A DNA stretch of 14,109 nucleotides, taken from an uncultured delta proteobacterium. GTDB lineage: Bacteria; Desulfobacterota; Binatia; UBA9968. The translations under genes and the position numbers were made by a program. The stretch is taken from assembly GCA_963804165.1 (NCBI GenBank), contig CAWDPO010000021.1:1-14109 (forward strand), written 5' to 3'. Below the pieces are notes generated by a model. The model was given only the letters and a program-made list of their open reading frames with translations, did not search any database and had not been told where the DNA came from. This document shows, in pieces, positions 8,980 through 14,109 of the stretch. The number at the start of each line of letters is the position of its first letter. Within the stretch, counting starts at the first letter, position 1.

Positions 8980-9409
8980 GAATACGAGGCGTTGTTTTTT
9001 TGGGAAACGGGGGGTGGTGATAAGAAGATTCGAGACAAAAAAGTCAGCTTGGTGGGCGAGGAAAGCAACAAGCACTAGGAATTTTTTCCGAGATTCAAGT
9101 AAAATTGTTTCGGATTCGCGAATAACTTCCCGGCCTAATGTGATTCCGCTGTAGTCGCATGGAGCTTGCTCGATTTTTCCACAACCCGGAGAACGTTGAG
9201 ATCTGATATCGAGGACACAGTCCGAGTCATCGTCGAGCGTGTTGGCTCTCGTGACATCGGCGAGTCCGCCCATCGAACTTCACGAAAGAGAATTCTAGAG
9301 CGGGTGGAACAAAACCACCTACCCTCCGTTCAGGGCATAAGCTTATGCAACGTTGTGATCAGAGGTTCCGGCGTTCTCTCAGGCAAATGCGAAACCGACT
9401 TTGCAGCCT

Positions 9410-9565
9410 CTACCGTTCCATCCTACTGCGGAGGCCCAACTCGGAAATCCTTGAGGAATTGTCGCCCAATTGCAACGCAGAGGTGTCCCAAGTGGGATTT
9501 TCCCGAAGCAACGAGATCAGAGACCAGAAAACAAAAACCAGCGCCAGGAGTGTGCTTGTATTCAT
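9410..9565 (-). CDS. Possible small membrane/secreted peptide or gene remnant
   Basis: AGGAG upstream of ATG 9565 and hydrophobic N-terminus MNTSTLLALVFVFWSLISLL. Only 51 aa. Confidence 0.3.
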   Translation of the reverse strand: MNTSTLLALVFVFWSLISLLRENPTWDTSALQLGDNSSRISELGLRSRMER

Positions 9566-9898
9566 ATATTCTCTCCTGTACCCGCGATTGTTCCACAGGA
9601 AAAATTTGATCCTCCGGAACTCGGAAGGGTCTCGGGTTTCAAAGTATCGTCTGATCCAAATAATCAGGTATGCATAACAGTGTCTGTCCAATATTAGACA
9701 GTTCCGAAATAATTATAATCAAGCCCGCGGGTGTGCCCGATCGTAATTGGTGATCGTTGATTTGGTGCCTTCGGCCGTGATGAATTACTTGAAACTTATT
9801 CGTGTGCGTTGTCGCAAGGAGGCTGTTTGGAAAGTCGGGATTCACAACGGCACAAGCGAAAGCCTTTTGAGCAAAGAAAGCGAAGCGGCGATGCTAGG

Positions 9899-9964
9899 AT
9901 TGAACTGAATTCTCCATCAACGCAATCTCGAGCGACATCGCATTGAAGCGTCGTTCAGGTCAAT
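9899..9964 (+). repeat. Paired-site element copy 6 (subtype A)
   Basis: ATTGAACTGAA-TTCTCC-ATCAACGCAAT / CTCGAGCGAC / ATCGCATTGAA-GCGTCG-TTCAGGTCAAT. Confidence 0.92.
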
Positions 9965-10128
9965 CTTAGGCTAAAAATCTGGTTCTTCCGCGCAACCCGT
10001 GCTGGAAATGCGCACCGATAGCAGCTGCTCGCAGCAACGTGACGCCAGAATTGCAATGTTGCGCTCCTGTTTCAGCGGTGACACGCTTATCGTTGAAGGC
10101 ACCTAATTGATTAGGAGGGCATGACAGC

Positions 10129-10362
10129 ATGAACTCCCAAACTACAGGATTGCTAGTGTCGAGCGTGGTGTTCGCTTCGCTGGCCATTGCGCAGCTGGCG
10201 CGGCTTGTAATACGGCCAGAAGTGCTTGTAGGTGGTTATCCGATGCCATTGTGGCCAAGCGTTTTGGCTGTTATCGTTTTCGGCGGTCTGAGTCTTTGGT
10301 TGTGGAGACTTGCTCGCACGCCTACCAGCGAAAACAGTGAGGCGAGGCGCATAAGCCGCTAA
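10129..10362 (+). CDS. Small two-helix membrane hypothetical protein
   Basis: 77 aa with AGGAGG upstream and two hydrophobic segments joined by 'PEVLVGGYPMPLWPS'. Confidence 0.75.
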   Translation: MNSQTTGLLVSSVVFASLAIAQLARLVIRPEVLVGGYPMPLWPSVLAVIVFGGLSLWLWRLARTPTSENSEARRISR

Positions 10363-10424
10363 CCATTGGATCTAACTCGGCGGGGAACTAAGAAAACCCG
10401 CTGTTGGTTTTGGATTAGGCTAGC

Positions 10425-10452
10425 ATCGCGTTGAAGCGTCGTTAAGTTCAAT
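10425..10452 (+). repeat. Element copy 7 (right-hand site only)
   Basis: ATCGCGTTGAA-GCGTCG-TTAAGTTCAAT. Confidence 0.88.
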
Positions 10453-10560
10453 CTCACGTCGATTACAGAATTTGACTGTAGGTTTGAGGACTATCCACGA
10501 ACGCGTTATGCGAGTAAAAACGCTTTCAGGCCATTTGCGTCTTTAGGGATTCTGTAATGT

Positions 10561-11208
10561 TCACTGTTCGCTAACCTCAACGTCGTCGAGAGCCGTAAGA
10601 ATACCGAGCTCCAAGGCCGTGATTGGAAGCGTCGGACAGCCCGAGGGCCGTTTGGCCTCTGTGCCTTCACAATTTCGCGTCACCCGCTGGTAGTAACCGA
10701 CGAATCCGCGCTCCCCTTTGCTCAGGAACAGTTGAATCATCTGGTCGTTTAACCGTCCATTGGTCATCTCGCTGTAGAAGGCAGATAGCTCGCCGAAGTG
10801 TCCGGTTAAAGGTCTGCCGATCCGGTACGAGTAATTGCCGTGAAACGCAACGTAGCTACGGTCATTGGCCAACCGGCGATCCGCTCCACCAAGGAACGCA
10901 TTGGCGCAGGCTGAGTTACAGTACCCCAAGGCAACGGTCGACAGCCCTCGGCGTCGAATCTCGTGAGCAAGGGCTAACCCGATCAAATGTACCCCGCCCG
11001 GGCTGTTGGTGAAGACGACAGTTCGTATGGCTGGGGTTAGGTGCGAAAGGAATTTGTCGTAATCCAACTCGTTAATGAAACCGCTGAGGATGAGCTGAGA
11101 GCCGCTGACGCTCATCTCCATTGCTGAAGTGGGGACGGCTCCCAGCAGAAGCAGCGAGACGTACAGCCAAACGGGTAACTGTTTAATTAACTTCATCGGT
11201 TCCATCAA
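10561..11208 (-). CDS. Secreted ClpP/crotonase-like fold protein (COG3904-like)
   Basis: Signal peptide (likely start 11205 or 11196). Motifs 'LILSGFI', 'NSPGG', 'CNSACANAFLGGADR', 'VAFHG'. Confidence 0.78.
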   Translation of the reverse strand: MMEPMKLIKQLPVWLYVSLLLLGAVPTSAMEMSVSGSQLILSGFINELDYDKFLSHLTPAIRTVVFTNSPGGVHLIGLALAHEIRRRGLSTVALGYCNSACANAFLGGADRRLANDRSYVAFHGNYSYRIGRPLTGHFGELSAFYSEMTNGRLNDQMIQLFLSKGERGFVGYYQRVTRNCEGTEAKRPSGCPTLPITALELGILTALDDVEVSEQ

Positions 11209-11304
11209 TTTCAGTTGATTCGACGTTTAGCGCCTCGGCTCGGTTCGTTGCAAGCGGCTCTCGGCTCGCTTTCAACTGCTCGATTGCGTGAAATGACACT
11301 ATCT

Positions 11305-11399
11305 AACTAACAAAGCGGTGGAGGGGAACGCAGCAGTCCTGCCGCTGGATTCCCTTATCGCTTCGGATCCTCAGCGCTCCCTCAACGCCAACGCTAAGG
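11305..11399 (+). other. Degenerate integron attC-like site
   Basis: AACTAAC-AAAGC-GGTGGAG...CTCAAC-GCCAAC-GCTAAGG gives R''-5-L''...L'-6-R' spacing as in attC, with R' GTT changed to GCT. Ends 5 nt before element copy 8. Confidence 0.55.
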
Positions 11400-11404
11400 C
11401 TGTA

Positions 11405-11468
11405 ATTGAACTGATTTCTCCTACGACTAAATCCTATGAGATTTGACTGAAGCGTCGTTCAGTTCAAT
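11405..11468 (+). repeat. Paired-site element copy 8 (subtype B)
   Basis: ATTGAACTGAT-TTCTCC-TACGACTAAAT / CCTATGAG / ATTTGACTGAA-GCGTCG-TTCAGTTCAAT. Confidence 0.92.
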
Positions 11469-11609
11469 CTCAGGCTGAATCCCGTCTTGTGGCTCGAAGA
11501 ATACCTGTCGCTTTCAGTCGTAAATCTCAGTTTCCCTCTAATGCCGCCCGCGTGATACATAGCAATTGGTGTGGCTTCATGTGACGTTCTTATCCTGGAT
11601 CAGAAACGT

Positions 11610-11637
11610 TGTATATTGGACCTTCGTCCAATATACA
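11610..11637. other. Perfect 12-bp inverted repeat (terminator or protein-binding palindrome)
   Basis: TGTATATTGGAC-CTTC-GTCCAATATACA, ~90 nt downstream of the porin stop. No strong U-tract. Confidence 0.5.
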
Positions 11638-11728
11638 CGCAGAGCTTACGGCCACACTAACTCGCGCTGAAACTCGCTCGGTCCCTACGGCGCGAACGCG
11701 ACGATTAACCGCAGCTGACTTCCATTCT

Positions 11729-13093
11729 TCAGAACACCAACTGAAGCCGTAACCCCAGGATGGTTCCCGTGCCTATGCTCTTTCTACTAAGGCGGGGCAG
11801 CAACCCCAAGGGACCTTGGCCGATGGTGACTTTGTCTTTCTGAGCCCCCCTGATAATCTGGATGTCCGGCGTCAGCAGCGCCCACGGCGTGATCGCAAAA
11901 TTGTAAAAAGCCTCGAACCCGTACTCGTCGCGTAAAAGTTTCGTCGTTTGAAGCGGACCCTGAATGGTCGGGTTATGTATATTTATGAAGTAATAACCCA
12001 GGCCAAACTTGTCGTTGGGCCGGCTCTCGAACATGCCTTTGCCGCCGACGCCGAAGCTCGCGAAGAATTTCATAAAGTTCGGATTGCCGTCGGAAACGCC
12101 CAAACGCGTGAACACGCCGACGCCCCGGTCGACGCCTTTTTTTGGCTCATACAGATACTGGTCAAAATTGTAGTAAATGTTCCAAGAACCTTTCTTAGCC
12201 CTGAGCGCGCTGTTCTCGATGGTGTCCCTGTCCAACCTCTGATCGATCGAAGTAAATTTTTTGTTGGAAAAAGTCGTGCCGAAAAGCTGATGCCCTGTGA
12301 GTCCGAAAACGTCCGTTCTCACCCGACCCTCGGCGGCAACTACGACGGCGTTGCCGTTCAAATTCTCAAAGCCCGAGGTAGTGGGATCACCATTGGCCGA
12401 CATCACAAAGAAACTCACGACAGCCTCGTTGGGATCTTTGGTGGGTACTACAAGCAGTCCGGTGCCCAAGGTCGAGTAAGGCACCGTGACAGCAGTAAGT
12501 GGATTAACGTTAAATGCCATGTTCATGAAATTGGTGTCGCCTTTACCGTGGGCAAACTCGTTCATGTCGCCGGAATTTGCGGTGATGGTGGCGAACTTAC
12601 CTATAGTCAGCCCGAAGTAGGGAGAAAGATACTGCGTGAAATTCCATGCCGGCACGCCGAAAATATCACCAGGGGACAGTGGATAAAGCTGGTTGTGATT
12701 TACCGGCATGAGCGCGCCGGTTTTCGGGTTGACTGAGGACGCCCAATGACCCTCCATTTCAAAATTAAAAAAACCGCCGGGCCACAAACCGAGCTTGCCG
12801 CTGTCCAAATTGAGGATCAGGTCGCCGCGCCCGCCGTATTCCCATGCGCCGTTTTTGCCGCCGCCGACCACGCCTTGGCCGACCTGGGTGATGCTCATAT
12901 CGAGAGTCACGCCCTTGGCGGCTAATTCGTTGCGCAACCCACCCCAGTCACCGGTCAGTGTCGAACGCGACCAGAAGTCTCCTGAGTATGGGTCTGTCGC
13001 CGAGGTATCCTGTGCCCAAAGTGCGCGCCCAGCAACATTCCAAACCAAAATATGATCGGTCCAACAATCTTGGACGTTTTCATCAAGGCTCAC
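11729..13093 (-). CDS. oprB: Carbohydrate-selective porin, OprB family (signal peptide apparently frameshifted)
   Basis: 'TLTGDWGGLRNELAAKGV', 'LDSGKLGLWPGG', 'RPNDKFGLGY', 'EYGFEAFYNFAITPW..LTPDIQII', terminal aromatic 'GLRLQLVF'. The better start is ATG 13083 (MKTSKIVGPIIFWFGMLLG), which is one base out of frame near 13025. Confidence 0.88.
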   Translation of the reverse strand: MSLDENVQDCWTDHILVWNVAGRALWAQDTSATDPYSGDFWSRSTLTGDWGGLRNELAAKGVTLDMSITQVGQGVVGGGKNGAWEYGGRGDLILNLDSGKLGLWPGGFFNFEMEGHWASSVNPKTGALMPVNHNQLYPLSPGDIFGVPAWNFTQYLSPYFGLTIGKFATITANSGDMNEFAHGKGDTNFMNMAFNVNPLTAVTVPYSTLGTGLLVVPTKDPNEAVVSFFVMSANGDPTTSGFENLNGNAVVVAAEGRVRTDVFGLTGHQLFGTTFSNKKFTSIDQRLDRDTIENSALRAKKGSWNIYYNFDQYLYEPKKGVDRGVGVFTRLGVSDGNPNFMKFFASFGVGGKGMFESRPNDKFGLGYYFINIHNPTIQGPLQTTKLLRDEYGFEAFYNFAITPWALLTPDIQIIRGAQKDKVTIGQGPLGLLPRLSRKSIGTGTILGLRLQLVF

Positions 13094-13226
13094 CCTAGGG
13101 CGTGGCGGAAAAAACAGGTGGACCTCATCGACTTTGCCACAACTTTGCCAGAACCATTTGCACGAATGTGTCTGCGCAAAATTTGGTAATAACTCATTGA
13201 CGTCCGTACGCGCATGTCCAGTTTGC

Positions 13227-13569
13227 CTACGCCTTGTTTTTGTTTAATCCGGTCCGCGCCTTTTTGCTGTGGCCGTCCGGCGGTTTCCAGGCTCTTTTTT
13301 AATGCCGCGAAAATATCAACGACTTGGCTGCGCCGCGGCGCCGGCGTGACGGCTTTCGATTTCTGCCTTTGACCTTTTGCTCGACCATGGAGCGCGCTCG
13401 CTCGCGGTATTCATCGGCATAGCGCTAAGGCTCGAAGTCCGGCGAGAACATTTTCTCGATCAGGCTCATGCCAAGCTCTAGCTGCTCGGCAGGAACTTCA
13501 CGCCTTCGCCTTTTGCGATCGCATCGAAGTCGCGGATCTCGTCTTTGAAAAACAGGAAGTGAAGAACGA
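13227..13569 (-). pseudogene. ku: C-terminal remnant of NHEJ Ku protein
   Basis: Reconstructed LVLHFLFFKDEIRDFDAIAKGEGVK / VPAEQLELGMSLIEKMFSPDFEP*RYADEYRERARSMVEQKVKG / ...VVDIFAALKKSLE. In-frame TAG at 13425-13427, frameshifts, and the 5' part is missing. Ends are approximate. Confidence 0.8.
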
Positions 13570-13710
13570 GTGACCGCTCATTAGCGCGTGTTGTAGTAAA
13601 GGCCATCGGACTCGCTGAGTGACGGCAGCGGGCGCTCGATCCTTACACTGTAATTGCACTTCTGCTACTCTGCGAATCGGTTGTAGATGGTGGGTCGATG
13701 GAGCTTGGAC

Positions 13711-13984
13711 ATGACTCAATTCAAGACTGTTTGCCTTGGGTGTTCGTTAGCATTTGGGATTTTGTTAGGAGGTAGCAGCATTGGTGAAAGCCACACTGGA
13801 CTTGTTGACGGCTACGGCTGTCATCGCGGTGCGGACAAGGTCAGCTATCATTGCCATCAGGGGCAGTTTGCCGGCCGGACATTCAAATCGAAGGACGATT
13901 TTCTACGCGAGTTGCGCGGCGGCAAGTCGCCGCAATTGCTCCCAAAGAGAGCCCGCCCAGCCGCAAAGAAAGCCCGAAAAATAG
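13711..13984 (+). CDS. YHYH-domain secreted protein (not in ORF track; 3' end uncertain)
   Basis: GGAG RBS and ATG 13711, then MTQFKTVCLGCSLAFGILLGG..ESHTGLVDGYGCHRGADKVSYHCHQG with the H-x-G..D..GCH..YHCH motif. The frame stays open to the window end; a TAG at 13982-13984 in the neighbouring frame may be the original stop. Confidence 0.75.
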
Positions 13985-14031
13985 CCACGGCTAAGCAGTT
14001 TGTAGACTGCTTAGCGCTCAGGATCGGCTTC

Positions 14032-14109
14032 ATGAAACTGCCGCGCCCGGCCTTGATTCTCAGCGTCGTCGTTGCGGCCGTGTTGATCGTTGTCGGTTTC
14101 GGCGCTCTG
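14032..14109 (+). CDS. 5' end of a membrane/secreted protein, truncated by window edge
   Basis: MKLPRPALILSVVVAAVLIVVGFGAL..., in frame with the upstream YHYH ORF. Confidence 0.5.
   Translation, partial: MKLPRPALILSVVVAAVLIVVGFGAL

Larger units (their letters stand above)
3951..11468 (+). repeat. Array of eight directly oriented paired-site elements separating cargo genes (putative cassette array)
   Basis: Copies at 3951, 5492, 6424, 7702, 8221 (half), 9899, 10425 (half) and 11405. All read TTCTCC core left and GCGTCG core right on the + strand. Confidence 0.9.

Noticed and set aside
8920-9845. Several 68-147 aa ORFs on both strands
   Set aside because: Mutually overlapping with no family motifs; only the 9410..9565 peptide has weak RBS and hydrophobicity support.
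3951-11468. CRISPR array
   Set aside because: Repeats are 62-66 bp, diverged and separated by 0.5-1.7 kb gene-containing intervals; no cas genes.
3951-11468. The repeat as a canonical attC / classical integron
   Set aside because: Ends are ATTGAAC/GTTCAAT rather than RYYYAAC/GTTRRRY, there are no typical L boxes, cargo points both ways, no intI is present, and separate more typical attC-like remnants occur next to the repeats.
3951-11468. The repeat as a simple Rho-independent terminator or randomly inserted MITE
   Set aside because: No U-tract, occurs both 3' and 5' of genes, no consistent target duplication, uniform orientation. Not fully excluded without a genome-wide scan.
11948-12736. 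262-aa plus-strand ORF
   Set aside because: Antisense to the well-supported porin; no motifs.
13131-13150. ACTTTGCCA direct repeat / GG-N10-GC motif upstream of the porin
   Set aside because: Only two 9-bp copies and a weak match to the sigma-54 consensus; cannot be supported.

Overview
Bacterial accessory region. The flanks carry a DUF3047 gene, a B12-binding radical SAM gene and a secreted DUF2541-like gene on the left, and an OprB-family porin, a Ku remnant and a YHYH-type gene on the right. Between ~3.95 and ~11.47 kb lies an array of eight same-orientation copies of a non-coding element (six complete 62-66 bp copies, two right-half-only). Each complete copy parses as two inverted 11-6-11 bp sites resembling Xer/dif-type tyrosine-recombinase sites, with two different and nearly invariant 6-bp cores (TTCTCC, GCGTCG). 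The copies delimit roughly one unrelated cargo gene each, in either orientation: an ABC substrate-binding pseudogene, an SgcJ/EcaC NTF2-like gene, a ferritin-like diiron gene, a carboxypeptidase-regulatory-like gene, a small membrane protein and a COG3904-like protein. The array also holds three 3' tails of ABC substrate-binding genes directly upstream of elements, integron attC remnants, and a 318-bp IS1-family derivative carrying a GDCCVxC gene. No recombinase gene is in the window, so the cassette-array reading is an inference. Several single-base frameshifts may be decay or assembly error.
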